DNA from: Candidatus Shapirobacteria bacterium
GTDB lineage: Bacteria > Patescibacteriota > Microgenomatia > UBA12405
NCBI GenBank assembly: GCA_041659325.1
Contig: JBAZYN010000001.1
Coordinates: 131,428-195,427, forward strand
Direction: 5' to 3'
Length of the DNA stretch: 64,000 nucleotides
Shown here: piece by piece, positions 19,917 through 27,930 of the stretch
Position numbering within the stretch: the first letter of the stretch is position 1
Layout of the letters: every line of letters begins with the position of its first letter
Program-made: the position numbers and the translations under genes
Notes under the pieces: model-generated
Database searches by the model: none
The model's input: only the letters and a program-made list of their open reading frames with translations
What the model was told of the DNA's origin: nothing

Positions 19917-20645
19917 ATGACTTTAATCCAAAGTCTCATCTTGTCGGTTATTCAGGGATTTTCTGAATTCCTTCCCATTTCATCATCAGGCCATCTTAAT
20001 TTGGCCCAACATTATATGGGAGTCAGGCCTTCACTGGCTCTCGACATATTTTTAAACACCGCCACCCTTTTTTCAGTCCTGTATTTTTTTCGGCATCAGC
20101 TTTCTTATTTCAAAAATAATCTGCTATACATCATTATCGGTTCTCTCCCTGCCGGCCTGGTTGGAATTCTTTTGAAAACGCAGATTGAAACCATTTTTAG
20201 TAACCCGAAACTTCTACCTTTCTTTTTTATGATTACTGCCGGTCTTGTTTTTCTAACAAAATTTGCCAAAGAGAACGGTACCAAAATGGATTTAAGAAAA
20301 GCGATAGTTATTGGTCTTTTTCAGGCGTTTGCTATTCTTCCTGGTGTGTCACGTGCCGGTTCAACTATTTTTATCGGGTTAATGATGGGTTTAACAACTC
20401 AGGAGGCTTTCAACTATTCTTTTTCGCTATTTATTCCTGCCTCGTTAGGTGCAGTTCTTCTGGGTGCAAAAGAGATTCAAGGCTTAAGTATTCAAACTGG
20501 TATTCTCTCCCTGTCGTTCGTAATCACCTTAGTAGTTGGTATTTTTGCTCTGTCGGTTTTAAGAGGATCACTTCTGGCCAAAAAGTTCTGGGTGTTTAGC
20601 ATTTATATACTCCTACTCGCGTTGATTTCTTTCTTTACCCTCTAG
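19917..20645 (+). CDS. uppP: undecaprenyl-diphosphate phosphatase (BacA/UppP)
   Basis: 242 aa, polytopic. The N-terminal SVIQGFSEFLPISSSGHL and the later PGVSRAG motif are UppP signatures. Confidence 0.85.
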   Translation: MTLIQSLILSVIQGFSEFLPISSSGHLNLAQHYMGVRPSLALDIFLNTATLFSVLYFFRHQLSYFKNNLLYIIIGSLPAGLVGILLKTQIETIFSNPKLLPFFFMITAGLVFLTKFAKENGTKMDLRKAIVIGLFQAFAILPGVSRAGSTIFIGLMMGLTTQEAFNYSFSLFIPASLGAVLLGAKEIQGLSIQTGILSLSFVITLVVGIFALSVLRGSLLAKKFWVFSIYILLLALISFFTL

Positions 20646-20803
20646 CACTCACCCATTCTTCCGCAAATCCGATCCATTACCAGAGTTTTTACGTTTTGTT
20701 CGGTAACCCGTAGTATTTTCCTTTGTTTTTTCTCTTTAACCGACACTTCTTCCTGCTCAACCTGAAAATTTATTATTTCTTCTATTTTCTTATCTATATC
20801 CAT
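20642..20803 (-). CDS. hypothetical small charged protein (53 aa)
   Basis: Own minus-strand translation: MDIDKKIEEIINFQVEQEEVSVKEKKQRKILRVTEQNVKTLVMDRICGRMGEC. The purine-rich coding strand is consistent with a gene downstream of the DUF167 gene. It is not in the ORF track (<60 aa). Confidence 0.25.
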   Translation of the reverse strand: MDIDKKIEEIINFQVEQEEVSVKEKKQRKILRVTEQNVKTLVMDRICGRMGEC

Positions 20804-20845
20804 TTTCACTCAAAAACAAAGATTATCTATTATAAATCATAATGT

Positions 20846-21064
20846 CTAAATAATTCCGATCACTTTTAATCTGCTTCTTCCACCGCTGATTATTTCAACT
20901 CTGGACTTGGCTACCCCTAATTCTTTTGCCACTATTTCGGTGATTGCCATATTAGCTTTATTTTTTGTTGCAATTTTTGTTGTCCAAATTTCCCAATGAT
21001 TCTCATCACTCTTCTTAATCTGATTCTTGCCCGCTCCTGCCTTTGCCCGTACATATAGCCTCAT
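20846..21064 (-). CDS. DUF167 (YggU-like) family protein
   Basis: 72 aa. ...NHWEIWTTKIATKNKANMAITEIVAKELGVAKSRVEIISGGRSRLKVI matches the UPF0235/DUF167 pattern. Confidence 0.65.
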   Translation of the reverse strand: MRLYVRAKAGAGKNQIKKSDENHWEIWTTKIATKNKANMAITEIVAKELGVAKSRVEIISGGRSRLKVIGII

Positions 21065-21112
21065 GCGCTGATTATACCTTAATATTCACAATTATCTACC
21101 AAATTAATCAAT

Positions 21113-21185
21113 GTCCCTCCTTTTTTCAAAGGAGGGATTAAGCCTGCCTGCCGGCAGGCAGGGGTAGATTTTGATTTAGGGGGTT
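21113..21185. repeat. GC-rich hairpin repeat (family copy A)
   Basis: GTCCCTCCTTTTTTCAAAGGAGGGATTAAGCCTGCCTGCC|GGCAGGCAGGGGTAGATTTTGATTT. The first 42 nt are ~95% identical to 42871-42910. It contains a 10-bp perfect palindrome CCTGCCTGCC/GGCAGGCAGG. Confidence 0.5.
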
Positions 21186-21230
21186 TAGAAAATGTTAATC
21201 AGTCTTGTAAACGACCTAATATAGAAACAC

Positions 21231-22346
21231 ATGAAGCAAAAATTACATATTCCAAACATTCAAAACACCGTTATTACCCCGGCTTTAGTTAAAAATCGGA
21301 ATTGCGAAAACCTTATCGGCTCAACCCAGGTTCCACTTGGCCTTGCGGGGCCACTTTTGATTACTTTTCAAGACAATATTACCGATACTTACATGTTACC
21401 GCTCTCAACTACAGAAGGGGCCCTGGTCGCTTCCGTAAATCGTGGTTGCAAAGCAGTCGGCCTGTCTGGGGGTGTAAGGACATATTTTGAAGACGTTGGC
21501 GCCACCCGTGGCCCTCTGTTCCGGGTTAAAAACCTGGCTGAAGCTGCCAATTTAGTCAAATATGTTAGTGATAATCTAAACGATATCGCTCTGGTTGCCC
21601 AAAAAAACACTCCGTTTATAAAATTTCAAAAAGAAGAGCATCAAGTTATCGGCAAGAACGTCTTTTTTCGTTTTTATTTCAACACCTCTGAGGCTATGGG
21701 TATGAACATGGTCACCCAGGCAACAGAAAAAATTTCCCGATATCTGGAATCAGCGCTCAATATAAAATGTTTGGCCCTATCCGGAAATTTTTGTCAGGAC
21801 AAAAAACCATCCTTCACTGGTTTTTTATTGGGCCGGGGAAAAAAAGTTTGGGCTGAGGCCATAATTAAAAAATCATCGGTAACAGATATCCTAAAAACAA
21901 CTCCGAAAGATATTGTCGAAATTGTTCAAAAAAAGTCCCATCTTGGTTCAATTGTTTCCGGGTCTCTTGGATACAATGCTCATTTTGCCAACATCCTTGC
22001 CGCCATCTTTTTAGCTACCGGTCAGGATATCGCCCATGTTGTCGAGGGTTCTATGGGCATCACCGATGCCGAAATAGAAGACAACGGAGATCTCTATTTT
22101 TCAGTTTACCTTCCCGACATAATGGTGGGTACTGTCGGTGGGGGAACAGGCCTACCAACTCAAAAAGAAGCCTTGGGGATTTTGGGGTTAGACAGACACG
22201 AATCTGGTGATTCACTTAAACTTGCTCAAATAATCGCTGCCGGTGTATTGGCAGGCGAACTATCCCTAACCGCCGCCATCGCCGCCGGCCATCTGGCCAA
22301 GGCACACGAAAAACTTGGGAGAGGTATCAAAACACAAAAAATTTAA
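21231..22346 (+). CDS. hmgA: hydroxymethylglutaryl-CoA reductase, class I catalytic domain
   Basis: 371 aa. EAMGMNMV (the DAMGMN motif), GTVGGGTGL and the cis-loop region are present. It lacks the eukaryotic membrane domain. Confidence 0.85.
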   Translation: MKQKLHIPNIQNTVITPALVKNRNCENLIGSTQVPLGLAGPLLITFQDNITDTYMLPLSTTEGALVASVNRGCKAVGLSGGVRTYFEDVGATRGPLFRVKNLAEAANLVKYVSDNLNDIALVAQKNTPFIKFQKEEHQVIGKNVFFRFYFNTSEAMGMNMVTQATEKISRYLESALNIKCLALSGNFCQDKKPSFTGFLLGRGKKVWAEAIIKKSSVTDILKTTPKDIVEIVQKKSHLGSIVSGSLGYNAHFANILAAIFLATGQDIAHVVEGSMGITDAEIEDNGDLYFSVYLPDIMVGTVGGGTGLPTQKEALGILGLDRHESGDSLKLAQIIAAGVLAGELSLTAAIAAGHLAKAHEKLGRGIKTQKI

Positions 22347-22633
22347 CGACTCCGCCTCCTGTTCGTGCTGGCAGGGAACTCAGATGAGCCTTTTGCAATT
22401 GCATTTCCAATTCCTCCAAGTGTTCTATCTAATTTCTTTTCTTGTTCTTCGTTAAAATTGGCCTTACCCTCTTGTGTTTTTCTAAAGATCTCGTCTGGAG
22501 TAGTAACCTTGCCTTTTCCACCGCCACCCCATGCCACAACCCCCTCGGAGGGATTTAAATCTTGTTTAATATCAACTTCAAGCGGTTTTCTGTCTGAATG
22601 ATCCAAACCTCCCGATGATATTTCAAAAGCCAT
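22343..22633 (-). CDS. hypothetical Gly/Lys-rich small protein
   Basis: The ORF-track start at 22660 is a GTG. The first ATG gives MAFEISSGGLDHSDRKP...WGGGGKGKVTTPDE...GGIGNAIAKGS. That is loosely like KGG-repeat stress proteins. It is convergent with hmgA (4-nt overlap). Weak call. Confidence 0.3.
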   Translation of the reverse strand: MAFEISSGGLDHSDRKPLEVDIKQDLNPSEGVVAWGGGGKGKVTTPDEIFRKTQEGKANFNEEQEKKLDRTLGGIGNAIAKGSSEFPASTNRRRSR

Positions 22634-22844
22634 ATTTTTTCTATGTAGAATATATAACACTAACAGTATAACACTGCATGGTAATTTGCTACAAGTTTAT
22701 ATTTCGAATAACAATAAACCGTAACAAACCAAATCAAATTCAGGAAATAGTATAGAACTCTTAGGAGCTGTAGGCAATCACTTTGTCTTGCCTAGATCAG
22801 CTAGGCTTTATGCTCGTTCGAGAACCCGAAACACTTATGTTTTT

Positions 22845-22867
22845 GTCGGGGTTACTGGATTCGAACC
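22845..22867. repeat. 23-bp direct repeat = duplicated 3' end (T-arm + acceptor) of tRNA-Pro; att-like site
   Basis: GTCGGGGTTACTGGATTCGAACC is identical to 23146-23168 (the 3' end of the tRNA at 23147-23220). The upstream sequence does not fold into a cloverleaf. Confidence 0.7.
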
Positions 22868-23143
22868 TCAGCCAAAGGCTGATCCGCCTTTGGCGGAAGC
22901 AACAGATATGATTATGTTTCTAACATTCCTCCCAAATCCTGACTTATAAAACTTTTCCCGTAAGGCAGCATCTTCTTTGCACAAATATTTTTCAAAATAC
23001 AAAAGGATAAACGGCATATTTTCCTTTGTAAATTTATTCATCCTTCGATTATGTTCTTCAAGCCTTGTCTTCGGATCTTGACTGGTGCTACCAACATAAA
23101 TCTTACCGTTCCTTTGGCTCTTTAGAAAGTAAACATAGAACAT
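22868..23143 (-). CDS. GIY-YIG nuclease family protein (UPF0213/YhbQ-like)
   Basis: 91 aa. MFYVYFLKSQRNGKIYVGSTSQDPKTRLEEHN is a textbook GIY-YIG motif. The ORF exactly fills the space between the two 23-bp direct repeats. Confidence 0.8.
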   Translation of the reverse strand: MFYVYFLKSQRNGKIYVGSTSQDPKTRLEEHNRRMNKFTKENMPFILLYFEKYLCKEDAALREKFYKSGFGRNVRNIIISVASAKGGSAFG

Positions 23144-23146
23144 CGG

Positions 23147-23220
23147 TCGGGGTTACTGGATTCGAACCAGCAACCTCACGGACCCCATCCGTGCGCGCTA
23201 GCCAATTGCGCCAAACCCCG
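23147..23220 (-). tRNA. tRNA-Pro (anticodon GGG)
   Basis: Manual fold of the minus strand: acceptor CGGGGTT/AACCCCG, D-arm GCGC-AATTGGCTA-GCGC, anticodon arm CACGG-AT GGG GT-CCGTG, variable AGGTT, T-arm GCTGG-TTCGAAT-CCAGT, discriminator A. 74 nt. Confidence 0.85.
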
Positions 23221-23360
23221 AAGTACCAAGTATTCTACCATTTTATCCATCTATTTCCGACAACGAAAACAATAAGTATTCGTCTTTTCTTCGGTTTTCC
23301 TTATTGACTTGATATAGTCGGTGTTGGTATCTTCATATCGGTTAAACATTTTTAAAAAAT

Positions 23361-24467
23361 ATGGGACGACATCCAAAAATAGACAAAGCCAAACCAGTCA
23401 ATAGTAGTTCTTCACTTCAGGGCAAGAAATTTGAAGCCGTAAGGCTCGCCATGGAACAAATCACCAAGGCCTATGGTGATGGTGCCATCATGAAAATGGG
23501 AGAAAACAACGCCGATATGAAAATAGAAGTTATTCCCACCGGCTGTCTCCCGTTGGACATTGCTCTGGGTGTTGGCGGTTTACCCCGCGGCCGGATTACC
23601 GAAATTTATGGACCGGAAGCATCCGGAAAAACCACTGTCTGTTTACATGTCATTGCCGAGGCCCAAAAGCTTGGAGGCACTGCCGCTTTTATCGATGCCG
23701 AGCATGCTCTGGAGCCGACACGAGCCGCCACCATCGGCGTAGATTTAAATAATCTTTTAATCTCTCAACCCGACAATGGTGAACAAGCTCTGGAAATTGT
23801 CGAAACCCTAGTCAGGTCCAACGCTGTCGATGTTATTGTCGTCGACTCAGTTGCCGCTTTAGTCCCCAAAGCCGAAATCGAGGGTGAAATGGGTGACTCC
23901 ATGATGGGGCTTCAAGCCCGGCTTATGTCCCAAGCCCTCAGAAAGCTTACCGGCGCCATCTCTAAATCCAAAACTGTAGTCATCTTTACCAATCAGCTTC
24001 GCCAAAAAATCGGCGTAATGTTTGGTAATCCTGAAACCACCACCGGTGGTTTAGCCTTAAAATTTTACGCTTCTGTCAGAATCGATGTTCGAAAAACCGC
24101 CAATGTGAAAACCCCCTCCGGAGAGTCCATTGGCTCTCAGCACCGCGCCAGAATTGTTAAAAACAAGATTGCTCCACCGTTTAAAGAAGCCGAGTTCGAC
24201 ATTATGAACACAGAGGGAATTTCTGTATATGGTGGTCTTGTCGATTTGGCCGTTCAATACGGATTAATCACTAAATCAGGTGCCTTTTTCAAAGTCGGTG
24301 ATCAAAATATCCAAGGTAGGGAAGGGGCAAAACGGTATCTCAAAACCAATCCGACTTTAGCCCAAGACCTAAAAGAAAAAATCTGGGCTATTATCAAAAA
24401 TCCACCGGACGAATCTTTGTCAAAAAAACCTCTTTCCGAAGATGAGTCGGGCGATTCGGGTGAATAA
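23361..24467 (+). CDS. recA: recombinase RecA
   Basis: 368 aa. GPEASGKTT Walker A, the L1/L2 loops and IDAEHALEP are present. Confidence 0.97.
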   Translation: MGRHPKIDKAKPVNSSSSLQGKKFEAVRLAMEQITKAYGDGAIMKMGENNADMKIEVIPTGCLPLDIALGVGGLPRGRITEIYGPEASGKTTVCLHVIAEAQKLGGTAAFIDAEHALEPTRAATIGVDLNNLLISQPDNGEQALEIVETLVRSNAVDVIVVDSVAALVPKAEIEGEMGDSMMGLQARLMSQALRKLTGAISKSKTVVIFTNQLRQKIGVMFGNPETTTGGLALKFYASVRIDVRKTANVKTPSGESIGSQHRARIVKNKIAPPFKEAEFDIMNTEGISVYGGLVDLAVQYGLITKSGAFFKVGDQNIQGREGAKRYLKTNPTLAQDLKEKIWAIIKNPPDESLSKKPLSEDESGDSGE

Positions 24468-25114
24468 TGCACATTACCTCTATTAAGCCTACCCGATCCT
24501 CGACCACTCTAATTCTAGTTTTTAGCAATGGTTCAATCCTGCCATTTTCTTCCGATGATTGGGTTAAGGCTGGCATAAAAAAATTTTCAGAGCTAGACCC
24601 CAATTTACTAGATCAAATATATAAAAAATCCGCAGAACACCAGTTAAAGGAATACGCCGTGAGGCAACTGGCCATGCGATCCCTTCCGGAGAAAATAATT
24701 AAACAGAAATTAAAACACTATTCCCAAAAATTTTTTCTCTCTGCAAATATCGAAAATTTTTCTGTAGATGTGGAGCCAATTATCACACAAATAATCGCAA
24801 ATCTTAGGAATCTGAAGCTAATAAACAATTCCGCTTACGCCTCTGGTTATGCCGCCAAAAGCACCCAGAAATCAAAACGGCAGATAATCGCCGAATTAAA
24901 TCAAAAAGGAATTAGCCCTTTGGACCAAAACCAAGCGGTATTGAATCTAAACGATTTAGAAAAAATCAAAAACTTTCTAAAAAAGAAAGGCTACACAAAT
25001 GAAAAACTATCCTCGTATGCCCAAAAAAATAAAATAATGGCCGCTCTTTATCGTCGCGGGTTTACAATTTCTGATATAAAGAGTGTGGTTGACGATTTGA
25101 TCAAAAATGGATAG
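24467..25114 (+). CDS. recX: regulatory protein RecX (putative)
   Basis: 215 aa, helical repeat protein. It is translationally coupled (TAATG) to recA in the conserved recA-recX arrangement. Confidence 0.55.
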   Translation: MHITSIKPTRSSTTLILVFSNGSILPFSSDDWVKAGIKKFSELDPNLLDQIYKKSAEHQLKEYAVRQLAMRSLPEKIIKQKLKHYSQKFFLSANIENFSVDVEPIITQIIANLRNLKLINNSAYASGYAAKSTQKSKRQIIAELNQKGISPLDQNQAVLNLNDLEKIKNFLKKKGYTNEKLSSYAQKNKIMAALYRRGFTISDIKSVVDDLIKNG

Positions 25115-25281
25115 AATATAAAAGATAATTTTATATCTTTATTTAATTTAATTTTTTTTACTTTTTATAATCCGACAGTACCAAGATGTTTAATTTTTGC
25201 CCAACCGAAATCTATTTGAACTTTGCAGATTTTGTCTAACGTTGGTCTGTCCATGTCGTAAAGAGTAGAGAGGGAGGTTTT

Positions 25282-26850
25282 ATGTTTAGTTATTTTCTAA
25301 CCAAAGTAAGGGGGATCTTTTCATCCGGGTCTAAATCCGAAAAGCCGGAAGCCAAAGTGCCGGCAGTTAAAACAAAAGTCAAGGAAGACACCTCGGTCTT
25401 AGCCGACAAAAACAGGGTGGTTTTTGCCCCGCCAAAGACCAACAAACCTCAACCCGCCTCCGTTCCTGTTCAGGACACCCGGGCAACAGATGTTGCCCTG
25501 CAAAATGCCAAAAGACTAGAGTCAGAAGCAAAACTCAAGGAAACCGAAATTTTTCAACGTCTATCTTCAATTTCAGAACGAGAGAGATACCTGCTTCAAA
25601 AGGAAAAAAACCTGGATTCCCAAACTACCGAAATAAAAACCAGATTGGCAGGTATTGACGATCTCTATAAAAAGCAGTTGGAAAAACTCGAACAAATTTC
25701 CGGGCTTGATGTTGAAAAGGCCAAGCAGCTGATATTAAGTAGCACTGAGAAGAGAATGAGTTCTTGGGTTGCCAAAAAAATTGATGAAGCCAGGGACGAT
25801 CTAAAACAGAGGGAAGATGAACTGGCCAAAGAAATATTGGTAGAAGGCATTCGACACGGAATCACCGAATATGTTGCCGAGTATACAGTTTCCACCATTT
25901 CTCTGCCTGATGAAAAAATAAAAGGTAAAATTATCGGTCGTGAAGGCCGAAACATTCGCGCCTTCGAAAAAGAAACCGGAGTAGAGCTTGAATTGGACGA
26001 AACCAATGACATCCGTATTTCATCCTTCGACTCCACCCGCCGAGAGATTGCCAGACTATCTCTGGAAAAATTAATCAAAGACGGCCGTATACAACCACTA
26101 AGGATCGAACAAATTGTTGCCCAAACCAAGGCCGACATGGACAAGATATTGGTAAATGAAGGTAAAAGAATTTGTCAGGAGGTTGGTGTGTTTAATCTAC
26201 CTGTTGACTTAATCAAACAAATTGGGAAATATAAATTTAGATTCTCCTATGGTCAAAATCTGGCCAAGCACACAGTTGAAGCCACAAAAATCGCTACTGC
26301 TATCGCCTATGAATTAAAGGCCGATATCAACACCGTCCGTCTGGGCGCGCTTCTACATGATATCGGTAAAGTGGTAACCGATCAGGAGGGCACCCACGTT
26401 GACCTGGGGATTGACCTTCTCCGTCAGTACAAAATATCAGAAGCAGTAATTAATTGTGTTGCCGAACACCACGAAGACAAAGAATTCTCTTCTGCCGAGT
26501 CGGCCATTGTTTATGTCGGTGATGCTGCCTCTGGCACAAGGCCAGGAGCCCGATACGAAGTCCACGAAGAGTATTTGAAGCGAATGAAAAACATCGAGGA
26601 AGTTGCCAAATCATTTCCGGGAGTTACTAGCGTTGCCGCCTATCAGGCGGGAAGGGAAGTGGTAGTTATTGTCGAGCCCACTCAGGTAAGCGACTCCGAA
26701 GCCACTGTGTTAAGTCAAAATATTGCCGATAAACTCGAGGAAGAGGCCAAATGGGCCGGCCAAATAAAAGTTACCGTTATTCGGGAATTGCGGACAAGTA
26801 GCGTCATTGTTGGCAATAAAATCAATAAAAATGCGGTTAAAACAGACTAA
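25282..26850 (+). CDS. rny: ribonuclease Y
   Basis: 522 aa with an N-terminal TM, coiled-coil, KH domain (GKIIGREGRNIRAFE) and HD domain (LLHDIGK). Confidence 0.9.
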   Translation: MFSYFLTKVRGIFSSGSKSEKPEAKVPAVKTKVKEDTSVLADKNRVVFAPPKTNKPQPASVPVQDTRATDVALQNAKRLESEAKLKETEIFQRLSSISERERYLLQKEKNLDSQTTEIKTRLAGIDDLYKKQLEKLEQISGLDVEKAKQLILSSTEKRMSSWVAKKIDEARDDLKQREDELAKEILVEGIRHGITEYVAEYTVSTISLPDEKIKGKIIGREGRNIRAFEKETGVELELDETNDIRISSFDSTRREIARLSLEKLIKDGRIQPLRIEQIVAQTKADMDKILVNEGKRICQEVGVFNLPVDLIKQIGKYKFRFSYGQNLAKHTVEATKIATAIAYELKADINTVRLGALLHDIGKVVTDQEGTHVDLGIDLLRQYKISEAVINCVAEHHEDKEFSSAESAIVYVGDAASGTRPGARYEVHEEYLKRMKNIEEVAKSFPGVTSVAAYQAGREVVVIVEPTQVSDSEATVLSQNIADKLEEEAKWAGQIKVTVIRELRTSSVIVGNKINKNAVKTD

Positions 26851-26914
26851 TGAAACTTGCATTTCGCGGATATTCGGCTAAAATTAGAATAATTATAAAT
26901 TAACGATAAAACTA

Positions 26915-27187
26915 ATGACCAAAAAAGATCTGATCGAATCAGTCTCACAAAAAGCCAAGTTAAGTAAAAAGGCTGCTAAGCAAGCTGTCGAAACATTTTT
27001 GACAGAAATTATGAAAGCTCTTGCAGGTGGTGAAGTTGTAAAACTTTCCGGCTTCGGAACCTTCAAGACAAAAATGTTCAAACCAAAAACCATCAAAGCT
27101 ATCGGTTCAAAAGAACCAAAGAGAATTGTGGCCCGCAGAATGCCTCGTTACATTCCCGGCACCAAGATCAAGAAGATGGTCAAGTAA
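26915..27187 (+). CDS. hup: DNA-binding protein HU/IHF family
   Basis: 90 aa. MTKKDLIESVSQKAKLSKKAAKQAVETFLTEI...GFGTFKTK is the HU fold signature. Confidence 0.85.
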   Translation: MTKKDLIESVSQKAKLSKKAAKQAVETFLTEIMKALAGGEVVKLSGFGTFKTKMFKPKTIKAIGSKEPKRIVARRMPRYIPGTKIKKMVK

Positions 27188-27206
27188 GATTTTATTCTTG
27201 TTGATT

Positions 27207-27241
27207 AAAAGCCCCCTGAGCTTGTCGAAGGGGGCTTTTTG
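27207..27241 (+). terminator. Rho-independent terminator after hup
   Basis: AAAAGCCCCCT-gagcttgtcgaa-GGGGGCTTTTTGG. It has a GC stem and a U-tract. Confidence 0.7.
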
Positions 27242-27254
27242 GTACAATGGATAC

Positions 27255-27890
27255 ATGAATAAAGTTTGTATAGTTTTGGGATATGGCATATTTTTACCGC
27301 CGAACCCCGAATACCAATTGTACTTTGAAAAAGCCCTAAAGCTCTGTCTTCAAGCCAAAGCTACATCAATAATAATCTGTGGCGGATGTAGCAACAAAGA
27401 TCACCCCGGTCTTTCAGAGGCCTCCAGTATTGCGAAATTGTTTACCGATTTGCACCCGGGGATAGAAAAATCAATTATTTGTGAAGACAAGTCCCTTACC
27501 ACTATCCAAAACCTGGAATTTTCCCACAACAGAATAAAAGCCACTGGCCAAGCCCTGGAGAAAATTACCATAATTTGCGATAGTATTCGGGTTCCAAAAG
27601 TTTTTACTTTATCACTGGAGTTGTTTGCAGATATCCTAAATTTTAAATTATCAGAAGAAGATCGTCTAAACATACTTCAGGATATATATCTTGGTCAAGA
27701 TCCGAATTTGGTTAGAGAAATTTCATTTGTTTATCAAAACCTCGAGGTAAAAGGCATCCCATTATCTCAATCACCCCAAATTGTGTCCTATCAAATCATT
27801 TCTTCCATGTGGGAAATGCGTGCCTTAAAATATCCAAAATTGCACCAAAAGTTCATAAACTGGCGGAAAAAGAAGTGGGGAATTAGCTAA
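27255..27890 (+). CDS. DUF218 (YdcF/ElyC/SanA-like) domain protein
   Basis: The ORF-track start (27126) overlaps hup. The ATG at 27255 gives MNKVCIVLGYG...IIICGGCSNKDHPGLSEASSIAKLF, which matches the DUF218 pattern. Confidence 0.55.
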   Translation: MNKVCIVLGYGIFLPPNPEYQLYFEKALKLCLQAKATSIIICGGCSNKDHPGLSEASSIAKLFTDLHPGIEKSIICEDKSLTTIQNLEFSHNRIKATGQALEKITIICDSIRVPKVFTLSLELFADILNFKLSEEDRLNILQDIYLGQDPNLVREISFVYQNLEVKGIPLSQSPQIVSYQIISSMWEMRALKYPKLHQKFINWRKKKWGIS

Positions 27891-27930
27891 CAGAATATTT
27901 TACCTCCCAATTTTTGCTATCATCAATTAG

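Noticed and set aside
22365-22601. 78-aa plus-strand ORF
   Set aside because: Its Pro/Ser-rich sequence lacks a start context. The opposite-strand ORF is more protein-like, and even that is low confidence.
22846-22925. Second tRNA upstream of the GIY-YIG gene
   Set aside because: Only the 23-nt 3' portion matches tRNA-Pro. The adjoining sequence cannot form D and anticodon arms (T-stem pairing fails). It is treated as a duplicated att-like fragment, not a gene.
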